Shown piece after piece: positions 22,035 to 32,033 of a stretch of DNA of 64,000 nt. The position numbers and the translations under genes were made by a program. The notes under the pieces are model-generated. The model saw only the letters and a list, made by a program, of their open reading frames with translations, made no database searches and had not been told where the DNA came from. Source of the stretch: an uncultured Chloroflexia bacterium (GTDB lineage: Bacteria; Chloroflexota; Limnocylindria; Limnocylindrales; CSP1-4); the NCBI GenBank assembly GCA_963850555.1, contig CAWKLT010000004.1, positions 114,081 through 178,080 on the forward strand, written 5' to 3'. The first letter of the stretch is position 1. The number at the start of each line of letters is the position of its first letter.

Positions 22035-22116
22035 GGCGGCCTCTCCCACCGCGAGGGGCGCTCACCGGTCCTGGCCCCAGACCTCCCCAGAGTCCCGACC
22101 CGGAGACGCCGTCCAG

Positions 22117-23878
22117 ATGTCCGACTCCAGCGCCCAGCACCCGTACGACCGACCGAGCGACCCGGCCAAGCGCCATTCCGCGGCGCTGACCGACGGGCCG
22201 GATCGTGCGGCTGCGCGCGCGATGCTCAAGGCGGTCGGCTTCACGGACGAGGACCTGGCCAAGCCGCTGGTCGGCGTGGGCACGACGTGGATCGAGACCA
22301 TGCCCTGCAACTACAACCAGCGCCGACTGGCGGAACACGTCAAGGACGGCATCCGTGCGGCCGGCGGGACGCCCATGGAGTTCAACACCGTGTCGGTCAG
22401 CGACGGCGTGTCGATGGGCACCGAGGGCATGAAGGCCTCGCTGATCAGCCGCGAGGTCATCGCCGACTCGATCGAGCTCGTCGTGCGCGGCCACCTGCTC
22501 GACGGCGTCGTCTGCCTGGTCGGCTGCGACAAGACGATCCCGGGCGCGGCGATGGCCCTGGGCCGCCTCGACCGGCCGGGCGTGATCCTCTACAACGGCA
22601 CGATCTATCCGGGCACGTACAAGGGCGTCCGCAACGCGACCGTGGTCACGGTCTTCGAAGCCATCGGCGCCTATCGCGCGGGCAAGATCACGCTCGACGA
22701 GCTGTACGAGGTGGAGCAGGTCGCGTGCCCGGGGCCCGGCGCGTGCGGCGGCCAGTACACCGCTAACACGATGTCGATCGGTCATGGAGTTCATGGGCCT
22801 CTCACCCGCGGGGCTCAACGGCATCCCGGCCGAGGATCCGGCCAAGGACGAGGCGGCGCGCAAGACGGGCGAGCTGGTCATGGACCTCGTCCGCCGCGAC
22901 GTCCGGCCCTCCAGGTTCGTCACGCGCGAGTCGCTCGAGAACGGCATCGCCTCGGTGGCCGCGATGGGCGGCTCCACCAACGGCGTGCTGCACCTCCTCG
23001 CCATCGCGCACGAGTTCGGCGTGCCGCTCGACATCGACGAGTTCGGCGCCATCGCCGACCGAACGCCGATCGTGGCCGACATGCATCCGGGCGGCCGCTA
23101 CCAGGCGGCCGACCTGTACGACGCCGGCGGGATGGAGCTGGTCATGCGCGAGCTCCTCAAGCGCGACGGCCTGCTCCACGGGGACGCGCCGACCATCGAC
23201 GGCCGGACGATCGCCGAGATCGCGGCCGGGGCGCAGGAGACCGAGGGCCAGAAGGTCGTCCTCCCGATCGAAACGCCCCTGAAGACGAGCGGTGGCCTGG
23301 CGATCCTCCACGGGACGCTGGCCCCGGACGGCTGCGTGGTCAAGCTGGCCGGCCACGAACGGCGGCAGCACCGCGGCCCGGCCCGCGTGTTCGACTCGGA
23401 GGCGGAATGCTTCGAGGCCGTCAAGGAACGCCGGATCGTGGCGGGCGACGTCGTCGTCATCCGCTGGGAGGGCCCGGTCGGTGGACCCGGCATGCAGGAG
23501 ATGCTGAGCGTCACGGGCGCGCTGGTCGGTGAGGGCCTGGGCGACAGCGTCGCGCTCATCACCGACGGCCGGTTCTCCGGCGGGACCCACGGGCTGATGA
23601 TCGGGCACATCGCGCCGGAGGCCGCACTGGGCGGCCCGATCGCCGTCGTCGAGGAGGGCGACGAGATCGTCATCGACGTGGATCGCAAGGCACTCGACCT
23701 GGATGTCCCCGCGGACGAGATCGCGCGCCGCCTCGCCGCCTGGACGCCGCGCCCGCCCAACTACCCGACGGGCGTGCTGGCCAAGTACGCGGCGCTCGTC
23801 GGGTCGGCGTCGCAGGGAGCGGTCACGACCGGGCCGCGGATGACGGCGAACCTGTCCGCCGGCGGGCCCGGCCGTTGA
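22117..23878 (+). pseudogene. ilvD: dihydroxy-acid dehydratase, frame broken by one extra base near 22777-22781
   Basis: The N-terminal 220 aa (...CDKTIPGAAMA...[16 protein letters not shown]) are in the frame of ORF 22117. (V)[10 protein letters not shown]...[14 protein letters not shown]...[20 protein letters not shown] follows in the frame of ORF 22784..23878. Length is 1762 nt = 3n+1. Confidence 0.88.
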
Positions 23879-23916
23879 GCCGGTGACGGCCTCGGAGTCA
23901 ACCGGATGAGCGCAAC

Positions 23917-25782
23917 GTGACGGCCCGGCACGTCCCCCTGGGGATCAAGACCTCGCCGCAAGCCGTCGACTGGTCGACCCTCGACGCCGCGTGGGCTCGC
24001 ATCGGCGAGCACGAGGTCTTCGAGTCGGTGTGGATGAACGACCACCTCACCGACGTGTCGCATGAACGCCACGGCGCGAGCTTCGAAGCACTGACCGCGA
24101 TGGCGGCCCTCGTCCACCGCGTGCCCGGCAGATGGCTCGGACACGCCGTGCTGTCTGCCACGTTCCGCCACCCGGTGGTCCTCGCGAAGGCGGCCACGGT
24201 GATGGACCACGCCACCGGCGGTCGATTCATCCTTGGTCTGGGTGCCGGCTGGCACGAGGGCGAGCACCTCCCGTTCGGCATCCCGATGCCGCCGATGCCG
24301 GAGCGTTTCGATCGGTTCGAATCGGCGGTGCACGTGCTGCGCGCGCTCTGGTCGGAGGCGGCGGCCGCGCCGCCCGGCGTCACGCGACCCGACCCGTTCT
24401 ACCCACTCAGCGACGCGACGAACGAGCCGCCACCGCTGACGCCCGGCGGGCCGCCGATCTGGCTGGGGGGCCAGAAGCGGCGCGGCATCGCGCTGGCCGC
24501 CGCGGTGGCCGACGGCTGGGCGCTCCCGGCGGTCGTCGCCCTCGGGAGCCCGACCGACCTCGACTATTTCAGCGAGAAGCGCGACGCGATCCTCGCCGCG
24601 CTCGAGGCGGCCGGCCGGGATCCATCGACGTTCGAGCTCAGCGCGCAGGTCCCGACCGGGACGACCGCCGACGATCGCCGCTGGGCGCTCGGCCAGGCGC
24701 GCGAGGCGGTCGAGCGCGGAGCGACCCACGTCATCCTCGGCATGCCGGCGCGACTCGGTGCGGCCGGGGTCGACGACGTGGTCCGCGAGGTCGCCGGAGC
24801 CGTTCCGCGAGTCGGTCGCGTGACCGGACCGGCCGGCCTGACGATCCGGACGATCACCGCCGAGGCCGATCTGGAACGACTCGTTCCGATCCTCAACGCC
24901 ACCAACCCCGAGTCGCCGACGTCGCTCGACGAGATCCGCTGGAGCAACGCGACCTTTCCGGGCACCGTGCGCTTCCTGGCCGAAGTCGATGGAGACCCTG
25001 TGGGCGCCGCCACGGTGGGCCGGATCTACGTGTTCGCCCCCGACCACCCGGCGCTGTGGGCGATCATCGGCGTGCTGCCCGCGGCGCGTCGGGCCGGCAT
25101 CGGCGAGCGCCTGCTGGGCGACGTCTCGGCGGTCGCGGGATCGCGCGGCAAGACCCAGCTCTATCTCCGCTGCGCCGAAGATCGCCCGGAAGCCATCGAG
25201 TTCCTGGCCCATCGCGGCTTCGCCGAACTCGAGCGTTCCAAGACGGTCCGCCTCGACCTGGCCGGCCGAGCCGTGCCGGCCGTCACGCCGCCGCCCGGGA
25301 TCGAGTTGACGACGCTCGCCGCGCGGCCCGACCTCGTCGAGGGCGTCCACGCCGTGGCGATCGAGACCTTCCCGGACGTCCCCGGCGGCGACGAGCCCAT
25401 GGATGTCGGCGACCTCGAGGAGTTCCGGGCACGTGACGTCGACCGGCCGTCGGTCCCGAACGACGCCTTCTTCGTGGCGGTCGACACGGAGAGCGGCCGC
25501 GTCATCGGCTACGCGTGCCTCCTCATGCAGCCGGGGTCCACCACGGTCGCGTATCACGACATGACGGCGGTGCTCCGCGCCTACCGCGGGCGCGGCATCG
25601 CCCGCGAGCTCAAGCACGCGACGATCGCGTGGGCGATCGAGAACGGCCTCACCGCCCTGGAGACCGGCAACGACGAGGCCAACGCACCGATGCGGGCGGT
25701 CAATGCCCGCCTTGGGTACGAGCCCATGCCCGACGAGGTCCTGATGCGCGGTCCGCTGTTCGGCGGCATGATGAACCGGTGA
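23917..25782 (+). CDS. Fusion protein: LLM-class (luciferase-like, probably F420-dependent) oxidoreductase plus two GNAT acetyltransferase domains
   Basis: aa 1-~300: VWMNDHLTD...FILGLGAGWHEGEH...GATHVILG (LLM/TIM barrel). aa ~310-620: two GNAT repeats (VLPAARRAGIGERLL; VLRAYRGRGIARELK). One uninterrupted 621-codon ORF. Confidence 0.8.
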   Translation: MTARHVPLGIKTSPQAVDWSTLDAAWARIGEHEVFESVWMNDHLTDVSHERHGASFEALTAMAALVHRVPGRWLGHAVLSATFRHPVVLAKAATVMDHATGGRFILGLGAGWHEGEHLPFGIPMPPMPERFDRFESAVHVLRALWSEAAAAPPGVTRPDPFYPLSDATNEPPPLTPGGPPIWLGGQKRRGIALAAAVADGWALPAVVALGSPTDLDYFSEKRDAILAALEAAGRDPSTFELSAQVPTGTTADDRRWALGQAREAVERGATHVILGMPARLGAAGVDDVVREVAGAVPRVGRVTGPAGLTIRTITAEADLERLVPILNATNPESPTSLDEIRWSNATFPGTVRFLAEVDGDPVGAATVGRIYVFAPDHPALWAIIGVLPAARRAGIGERLLGDVSAVAGSRGKTQLYLRCAEDRPEAIEFLAHRGFAELERSKTVRLDLAGRAVPAVTPPPGIELTTLAARPDLVEGVHAVAIETFPDVPGGDEPMDVGDLEEFRARDVDRPSVPNDAFFVAVDTESGRVIGYACLLMQPGSTTVAYHDMTAVLRAYRGRGIARELKHATIAWAIENGLTALETGNDEANAPMRAVNARLGYEPMPDEVLMRGPLFGGMMNR

Positions 25783-26063
25783 CCGAGACGCAGACCGAGA
25801 GCGAGCCCTCCCCGTCGCCGGCGGAGCCCCCGACCCTCCCGCCCGACCCGGTGGCCTATGACTCGCCGCGCGCGGTCCGGGCCCGTGCGAAGGGGCTGCA
25901 GGCCCCGTACATCGCCGGCGGCAACGATCCCGACCCCGCCGCCGGCCTGGCCGAAGAACGCCATTACACCCGGCTGCTGCTGTGGATGGCGATCGCGATC
26001 GTCGCCTCGGGGTTCGTCATCGGGACCGTGATCGCCCTGATCGGGCCGGCTGGGGGCCGATGA
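25779..26063 (+). CDS. Small membrane protein (one C-terminal TM helix)
   Basis: GTG 25779 overlaps the upstream stop (GTGA). 94 aa: an acidic Pro-rich N-terminus, then RLLLWMAIAIVASGFVIGTVIALIG. Confidence 0.5.
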   Translation: MTETQTESEPSPSPAEPPTLPPDPVAYDSPRAVRARAKGLQAPYIAGGNDPDPAAGLAEERHYTRLLLWMAIAIVASGFVIGTVIALIGPAGGR

Positions 26064-26079
26064 CCGCCGTCGCGGTCCC

Positions 26080-27507
26080 GTGACACCGGCGGCGGCGATC
26101 CCCGCGACGACCTGGGCGAGCGCGCATGAGGCGCTGGTGGCGACCCTGCGCGACCTCATCCGGATCCCCTCGATCAACCCGCCGCCGGCTGAAGCACCCG
26201 ATGGCGAGACCCGGGTCGCCCGATATCTCGCCGAGCGACTGACCGCCCTGGGCCTGGCACCGGAGGTCGTCGAACCCGTCCCGGGTCGCGGCTCGGTCCA
26301 CGCCCGCCTGCGCGGCGACGGCACGGGTGGCGAGCCGTTCCTCCTCCTGTCGCACCTCGATGTCGTGCCGGCCGGCGCGGATCGCTGGAGCCACGACCCG
26401 TTCGCGGCGGACGTCGCCGACGGGTACGTCTACGGACGCGGTGCGGTCGACATGAAGGGGATGATCGCGCTCGAGCTCGGGGTCATCGAGCGGCTGGTCG
26501 AGGAGGCGCGCGCCGCCGGGCTCGATCCGGCCACCGATCCCATCCCCGGCCTGCGGCGCGACGTCCTGTTCACCTGCACGGCCGACGAGGAGGCGGGGTC
26601 GATCGACGGCGCTCGATGGATCGCCGCGCACCGGCCGGACTGGCTGCAGGCGGCGGGCGCCGTCAACGAGTGCGGCGGGGTGTCGGTCACGGTCGGGGGC
26701 AAGCGCCTGTATCCGATCCAGGTCGCGGAGAAAGGCTTCGCCCCGTACCGGATCCACATCACGGGCACGTGGGGCCACGGTTCGATGCCGCGCGCCGACA
26801 ACGCCGCCGTGCTGGCCGCTCGTGCGATCGAGCGCCTGGCCGCGCCAGGGGCGATCCGGATCACGCCGGTCATGACCCGGTTCCTCGAGGCGGCCGCCGA
26901 AGCGCTCCCCGGGGAGGCGGCCACGGTCCTGCGGCGCATCGCGGCGGGCGAGCTGGACGGCGTCTCGGCCGATGCCGCCATCGACGGCCTGTGCGAACCG
27001 ATGTACGCCCGCGCCCTGCGAGCCTTGATCCGCGACACGCTCAGCCCGGACATCGTCCATGCGGGCGTGAAGTACAACGTCATCCCGGGCGACGCCGTCA
27101 TCGAGGTGGACTGCCGGGTGCTGCCGGGCACGACCGAGCCCCAGATGCGCGCCGAGGTGGAGCGCCGCCTCGGGCCGGATCTCCTGCCCGCCTGTGACAT
27201 CGAATTGCTCGTATGGGGCGAGCCGGTCGAATCGCCGGCCGACGGCCCGCTCTGGGACATCCTCGTCGCGACCCTGCTCGATCACGACCCGGACGCGATC
27301 CCGCTCCCGGTCATGGCGCCGTTCGCGACGGACGCCAAGGCGACCGCGACGCTGGGGGTGCCGACCTACGGGTTCTCCCCGCTCCGCCTCGATCCGGGCG
27401 AGCGGTTCCTCGAGCGCTTCCACGGCGTGGACGAGCGCGTGTCGCTCGAGGCCCTCAGGTTCGGGCTACCCGTCCTGTACGACGTGGTCCGCCGCTTCTG
27501 CGGGTAG
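26080..27507 (+). CDS. M20-family metallopeptidase/deacylase (ArgE/DapE/CPG2-like)
   Basis: 475-aa ORF: LIRIPSINPP..., LLLSHLDVVP, GRGAVDMKG, ADEEAG, plus a dimerisation-domain insert. Confidence 0.88.
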   Translation: MTPAAAIPATTWASAHEALVATLRDLIRIPSINPPPAEAPDGETRVARYLAERLTALGLAPEVVEPVPGRGSVHARLRGDGTGGEPFLLLSHLDVVPAGADRWSHDPFAADVADGYVYGRGAVDMKGMIALELGVIERLVEEARAAGLDPATDPIPGLRRDVLFTCTADEEAGSIDGARWIAAHRPDWLQAAGAVNECGGVSVTVGGKRLYPIQVAEKGFAPYRIHITGTWGHGSMPRADNAAVLAARAIERLAAPGAIRITPVMTRFLEAAAEALPGEAATVLRRIAAGELDGVSADAAIDGLCEPMYARALRALIRDTLSPDIVHAGVKYNVIPGDAVIEVDCRVLPGTTEPQMRAEVERRLGPDLLPACDIELLVWGEPVESPADGPLWDILVATLLDHDPDAIPLPVMAPFATDAKATATLGVPTYGFSPLRLDPGERFLERFHGVDERVSLEALRFGLPVLYDVVRRFCG

Positions 27508-27520
27508 GTCGGCTCCGGCG

Positions 27521-27733
27521 TCAGCGACCGGTGGTGCCAGGCGGGTCGTGTGCGACCCGGACGAGCTCGTCGCACGTCGTGCAGGCGTACGTCACCCCGT
27601 TGGCCCACTCCCTCTCCGGGTCGTGCTCGGCCGGCGTGTGGTGACCGGGCCGTGGCTCGAGCGTCCTCCACTCCCCGTCGTTGTGCTGGTGCTGCATCCG
27701 CAGTTGCAGGTCCGCCCTGCCGATGAGGTCCAT
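27521..27733 (-). CDS. 70-aa His/Cys-containing small protein of unknown function
   Basis: ATG 27733 is preceded by GGGAGGG with a 7-nt spacer. Sequence: MDLIGRADLQLRMQHQHNDGEWRTLEPRPGHHTPAEHDPEREWANGVTYACTTCDELVRVAHDPPGTTGR. It begins 35 nt after the MarR stop. Confidence 0.55.
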   Translation of the reverse strand: MDLIGRADLQLRMQHQHNDGEWRTLEPRPGHHTPAEHDPEREWANGVTYACTTCDELVRVAHDPPGTTGR

Positions 27734-27768
27734 GCGTGATCCCTCCCTTCGAGCCCGAAGCCTACTCC

Positions 27769-28347
27769 CTACTCCTCCTGCGGCGTCCTGATCAGGCGCC
27801 CACGCCGGCTGATGGCGTGGGTGGCGAGGGCGGCCACGCCCATCGCGACGATCGCCCGCTCCGCGGTAGGCAACGGGCGGACCGCAGACAGGAACTGCTC
27901 CGCCCGAGCCCGATCCACGACCCGCAGCACGGCCTGGCCACGCGGCGTCAGGCGAAGGATCTTCTGCCGGCGGTCCTCTTCCTCGACCTGGCGCTCCACG
28001 AGCCGGCGCTTGACGAGGCCATCGATGAGCCGGCTCGTCGCGGACGGTGACCGGTTGATCGATTCGGCGAGCTCTCCAACGGTCAGCGTGCTGCCATCGG
28101 CGAGCACGTAGAGCGCCGCGAGCTGCGTGAACCCGAGACGCAGCTCCCCGAGCTGGCTGGCGAACCCGATCACGAGCTCGCGCCACAGCGCACGGCCCAT
28201 CGCCACGCGCTCGCTGATCTGGCGAACGTTCCGGATCCGGCTCCCGGCGGCGAGGACCGGGGCCGAGAGGTCCTGCTCGAAGCGGCGCGCGATCGTGCGC
28301 GCGGGTGCGGGACGGTTGATCGGGCGGGCTGGGCGGTCGTCGGGCAT
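27769..28347 (-). CDS. MarR-family transcriptional regulator, divergent from fabD
   Basis: From ATG 28347: 192 aa with LTVGELAESINRSPSATSRLIDGLVKRRLVERQVEEEDRRQKILRLTPRG (winged HTH). The rest of ORF 27769..29430 is antisense to fabD. Confidence 0.85.
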   Translation of the reverse strand: MPDDRPARPINRPAPARTIARRFEQDLSAPVLAAGSRIRNVRQISERVAMGRALWRELVIGFASQLGELRLGFTQLAALYVLADGSTLTVGELAESINRSPSATSRLIDGLVKRRLVERQVEEEDRRQKILRLTPRGQAVLRVVDRARAEQFLSAVRPLPTAERAIVAMGVAALATHAISRRGRLIRTPQEE

Positions 28348-28378
28348 GACCCGAGCAGCGTACGGCGCTCGGCGGAAC

Positions 28379-28388
28379 GCTTGCAAGC
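28379..28388. promoter_or_regulatory. Perfect 10-bp palindrome in the MarR/fabD divergent intergenic region (operator candidate)
   Basis: GCTTGCAAGC at 28379-28388, between the MarR ATG (28347) and the fabD ATG (28439). Confidence 0.3.
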
Positions 28389-28438
28389 CTGCACGGGAAT
28401 CGGGCCGGCGCAGCGACGTTCCGACTACCCTTCGCCCG

Positions 28439-29401
28439 ATGACCGATTTCGCCTTCGTCTTCCCCGGCCAGGGCTCGCAGACCGTGGGCATGGGCCGGGA
28501 TCTTGCCGTGTCCTCGCCCGCCGCCGCCGCCGTCTTCGCCGCGGCCGATGCCGCCCTCGGCGAGCCGCTCAGCGCGCTCGCCTGGGAGGGTCCCGCGGAG
28601 CGGCTGGACCTCACGGAGAACGCCCAGCCCGCGTTGCTGGCGGCTTCCATCGCCATCCTCGAGGCGCTGCGCGAGCGCTGGACCACCGATGGCCGCGCCG
28701 CCCCGAACCCGGCATTCGCGGCCGGGCATTCGATGGGCCAGTACTCGGCGCTCGTGGCGGCCGGTTCGCTCTCGCTGGAGGACGGCGTGCGGCTCGTACG
28801 GGAGCGCGGACGCCTCATGCAGGCGTCCGGGCAGGGCCGGGACGGGGCGATGGCCGCGCTCATCGGCCTCGATGACGCGAGACTTCCCGAGCTCGTCGCC
28901 GCGGCCGCCGCACACGGCACGTTCGTCGTGGCCAACCGCAACTCCCCGGGCCAGGTCGTCGTGTCGGGTGACCGGGCCGCCGTCGAAGCCGGTGCGGAGC
29001 TCGCTCGCGAGCTTGGGGCCAAGCGCGCCATCGTCCTTCCGGTCAGCGTGGCCGCCCATTCTCCGCTCATGGCCGAGGCCGCCGCCGCGATGCGCGAGAC
29101 CCTCGCCGGCATCGAATTCAAGGACCCGACGACGACCCTCCTCGCCAACGCCGACGGTCGCCCGATCACGACCGCGGCCGGCGCACGGGACGAGCTCGTC
29201 GAGCACCTGACCGCCGGGGTCGACTGGGTCGGCGCCGTCCAGCACATGGTCGATGCCGGCGTCACCACCTTCGTCGAGATCGGGCCGGGAAAGGTCCTCA
29301 CCGGACTCATCAAGCGCATCGCCCCCGACGCCGAGATCGTCCCCGCCGACGACCCGGCCTCGTCCGATCGACTCATCACCCTCGCCGCCCGCGCGGCCTG
29401 A
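28439..29401 (+). CDS. fabD: malonyl CoA-ACP transacylase
   Basis: MTDFAFVFPGQGSQTVGMG...AGHSMGQYSALVAAG...VSVAAHSPLM; 320 aa. Confidence 0.92.
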   Translation: MTDFAFVFPGQGSQTVGMGRDLAVSSPAAAAVFAAADAALGEPLSALAWEGPAERLDLTENAQPALLAASIAILEALRERWTTDGRAAPNPAFAAGHSMGQYSALVAAGSLSLEDGVRLVRERGRLMQASGQGRDGAMAALIGLDDARLPELVAAAAAHGTFVVANRNSPGQVVVSGDRAAVEAGAELARELGAKRAIVLPVSVAAHSPLMAEAAAAMRETLAGIEFKDPTTTLLANADGRPITTAAGARDELVEHLTAGVDWVGAVQHMVDAGVTTFVEIGPGKVLTGLIKRIAPDAEIVPADDPASSDRLITLAARAA

Positions 29402-29428
29402 CAAGCCCACCTGGAGGAACGTTCACCC

Positions 29429-30703
29429 ATGCGTCGACCCGACTACGACCGCCGCGTCGTCGTCACCGGTCTTGGGGTCATCAGCCCCGTCGGCAACGAC
29501 AAGGACACCGCCTGGTCCAACCTCGTCAACGGGGTTTCCGGCCTGAAGCCCATCACGTACTTCGATACGACGCCGTACGAGGCCAAGGTCGCGGGCGAGG
29601 TCCTCGGATTCTCGGCCGGCGACTGGATGGACCCCAAGGCCGCCCGCCGCAGTGAATCGAGCATGCACTTCGGCGTGGCCGCGGGGAAGCAGGCACTCGC
29701 GGATTCCGGCTTCGAGCTGACCGACGAGAACCGCACCGAGGTCGGCGTCGTGTTCGGGTCCGGCGCCGGCGGCCAGCAGCTCATGATCGACAACTACGTC
29801 TCCCTCCACGACCGCGGCAACCGCACCGTCGCCCCGACGTTCATCGCCAACGCGCTCGTCGACAGCTGCTCGGGGATGATCGCCATCGAGACGGGCGCCA
29901 TCGGGCACAACGTCTGCATGGTGTCGGCCTGTGCGACCGGCACCCACAACGTCGGCGAGGCCGCCGAGGCGATCCGCCGTGGCGACTGCATCGCGGTCAT
30001 CAGCGGGTCGACCGAGGCACCGCTGCTCGAGGTGGCGCACGCGGGCTTCTCGAACATGCGCGGCATGGGCCTGCCCCGCCCCGGCGAACCGCTGGAGACC
30101 GTTTCGCGGCCGTTCGATGCGACCCGCGATGGGTTCGTGCTGGGCGAGGGCGCGGGGTCCCTGTTCCTCGAGGACCTGGAGTTCGCGAAAGCGCGCGGAG
30201 CGCACATCTACGCCGAGGTCGTAGGCTACGGATCGGCCGCAGACGGCTGGGACATGGTCCAGCCGATCGATGCCGGCGTCGGGTCGGCGCGGGCGATGCA
30301 GATGGCCCTCGATCGCCGCGGCGTCCCGGCCGACGAGGTCGACCTGATCAACCCGCACGGCACGTCCACGCCACTCGGCGACAAGCGCGAGGCCGAGGCG
30401 CTCCACACGGTCTTCGGGCCGCGGGCGGCGCGCGACGCGCGCTCGCTGGCGATCAGCGCGACGAAGTCGATGACCGGTCACATGATGGGCGCCGCCGGCG
30501 CGTTCGAGGCCTTCGCGACGGTCATGTCGGTCGCCGAGCAATGCGTGCCCGGGACCCTGAACTTCCGCGACGTGGACCCGGACTGCGACCTGTGGGTCGA
30601 GGCAGAGACCCACTCGTTCCCGATCCGCAACGCCCTTTCGAACAACATCGGGCTGGGCGGCCACAACGGCGCCGTCATCTTCGGGCGCTACGACGGGGAC
30701 TGA
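29429..30703 (+). CDS. fabF: beta-ketoacyl-ACP synthase II (KAS II), copy 1
   Basis: 424 aa with the Cys-His-His triad motifs VSACATGTH, NPHGTSTPLGD and KSMTGHMMGAAG. Confidence 0.9.
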   Translation: MRRPDYDRRVVVTGLGVISPVGNDKDTAWSNLVNGVSGLKPITYFDTTPYEAKVAGEVLGFSAGDWMDPKAARRSESSMHFGVAAGKQALADSGFELTDENRTEVGVVFGSGAGGQQLMIDNYVSLHDRGNRTVAPTFIANALVDSCSGMIAIETGAIGHNVCMVSACATGTHNVGEAAEAIRRGDCIAVISGSTEAPLLEVAHAGFSNMRGMGLPRPGEPLETVSRPFDATRDGFVLGEGAGSLFLEDLEFAKARGAHIYAEVVGYGSAADGWDMVQPIDAGVGSARAMQMALDRRGVPADEVDLINPHGTSTPLGDKREAEALHTVFGPRAARDARSLAISATKSMTGHMMGAAGAFEAFATVMSVAEQCVPGTLNFRDVDPDCDLWVEAETHSFPIRNALSNNIGLGGHNGAVIFGRYDGD

Positions 30704-30763
30704 CGGGTCGGCCGGCTGACGCCACTCACTACAATCGGGCATGAAGCCCAGCTGAGGTAACCC

Positions 30764-32029
30764 GTGCCCGAACAGGATCCCGCCCGGCGGGCGGTCATCA
30801 CCGGCCTCGGCGCCGTCATGCCGATCGGCAACGACTTTCCGACCTACTGGTCGAATCTCGTCGCCGGCGTGACCGGGACCCGGACGATCCAGAGCTTCGA
30901 TGCGTCCGCCCACGAGGTCCGCATCGCGGCCGAGGTCCTGGACTTCGACCCCCGCGAGCACATGGACCCGAAGATGGCCCGACGGATGAGCCGGTTCATC
31001 CACTTCGCGATGGCCGCGGGCAAGGAAGCCGTCGCCGACTCGGGCATCGACTTCGCGGCGATGAGCCAGGAGCAGCGCGACCGGGTGGGCGTCGTCGTCA
31101 ACACCGGTGGTGGTGGCATCGAGCAGGTCATCGACGGGACGCACGTCCACGACGAGAAGGGGCCCCGGTTCGTCTCGCCGTTCGCGGTCCCCGCCTTGTC
31201 GGGCTCGATGGGCGCAGCCATGCTGTCGATGGAGTGGGGTTTGACCGGCCCCGTCATCACCCAGGTGGCGGCCTGCGCCACGTCGGTCATCGCGTTCCAC
31301 GACGCCCTGCGGCTGATCCAGACCGGCGAGTGCGACGTCGTCGTGACCGGCGGCACCGAAGCGCCCATCTGGCCGATGGGCGTGGCCGCGCTGGCCAACA
31401 TGACGGCGCTGTCCAAGCGCAACGACTCCCCGGAGACCGCGTCCCGGCCGTTCGATGGGACGCGCGACGGCTTCGTCCTGGGCGAGGGCGCCGGTGTCGT
31501 CGTCGTCGAGTCGCTGGCGCACGCCCGGGAGCGTGGCGCGACGCCGATCGCGGAGATCCTGGGCGGTGCCCTGACCGCCGACGCATTCCACATCAGCGCA
31601 CCCGAACCCACCGGACGCGGCCAGGCCCGCGCGATGACGAACGCCCTGCGCAACAGCGGCGTCGCGCCCGACGAGGTCGACTACATCGTCGCGCACGGCA
31701 CCGCGACGCCCCTGAACGATGTCACCGAGACCCGCGCGATCAAGGCCGCCTACGGCGAGCACGCCTACAAGGTCGCCATCAGCTCCCCGAAGTCGATGAT
31801 CGGACATCTCGTGGGCGCCGCGGGGATCGCCAGCGCGCTGGCCGCGATCGGGGCGATCCGCGACGGGATCATCCCGCCGACCGCGAACCTTCGAACGCCG
31901 GACCCGGAGTGCGACCTCGACTACGTGCCGCTGACCGCTCGCAAGGCCAAGGTCGAGACCGTCGCGGTCGACGGGTTCGGCTTCGGCGGCCAGAACGCGG
32001 TGGCGATCTTCCGAAGCGTCGTCGACTAG
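30764..32029 (+). CDS. fabF: beta-ketoacyl-ACP synthase II (KAS II), copy 2
   Basis: GTG start, 421 aa, with QVAACATSV, AHGTATPLND and KSMIGHLVGAAG. Tandem paralogue of copy 1 (KasA/KasB-like arrangement). Confidence 0.9.
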   Translation: MPEQDPARRAVITGLGAVMPIGNDFPTYWSNLVAGVTGTRTIQSFDASAHEVRIAAEVLDFDPREHMDPKMARRMSRFIHFAMAAGKEAVADSGIDFAAMSQEQRDRVGVVVNTGGGGIEQVIDGTHVHDEKGPRFVSPFAVPALSGSMGAAMLSMEWGLTGPVITQVAACATSVIAFHDALRLIQTGECDVVVTGGTEAPIWPMGVAALANMTALSKRNDSPETASRPFDGTRDGFVLGEGAGVVVVESLAHARERGATPIAEILGGALTADAFHISAPEPTGRGQARAMTNALRNSGVAPDEVDYIVAHGTATPLNDVTETRAIKAAYGEHAYKVAISSPKSMIGHLVGAAGIASALAAIGAIRDGIIPPTANLRTPDPECDLDYVPLTARKAKVETVAVDGFGFGGQNAVAIFRSVVD

Positions 32030-32033
32030 GCCG

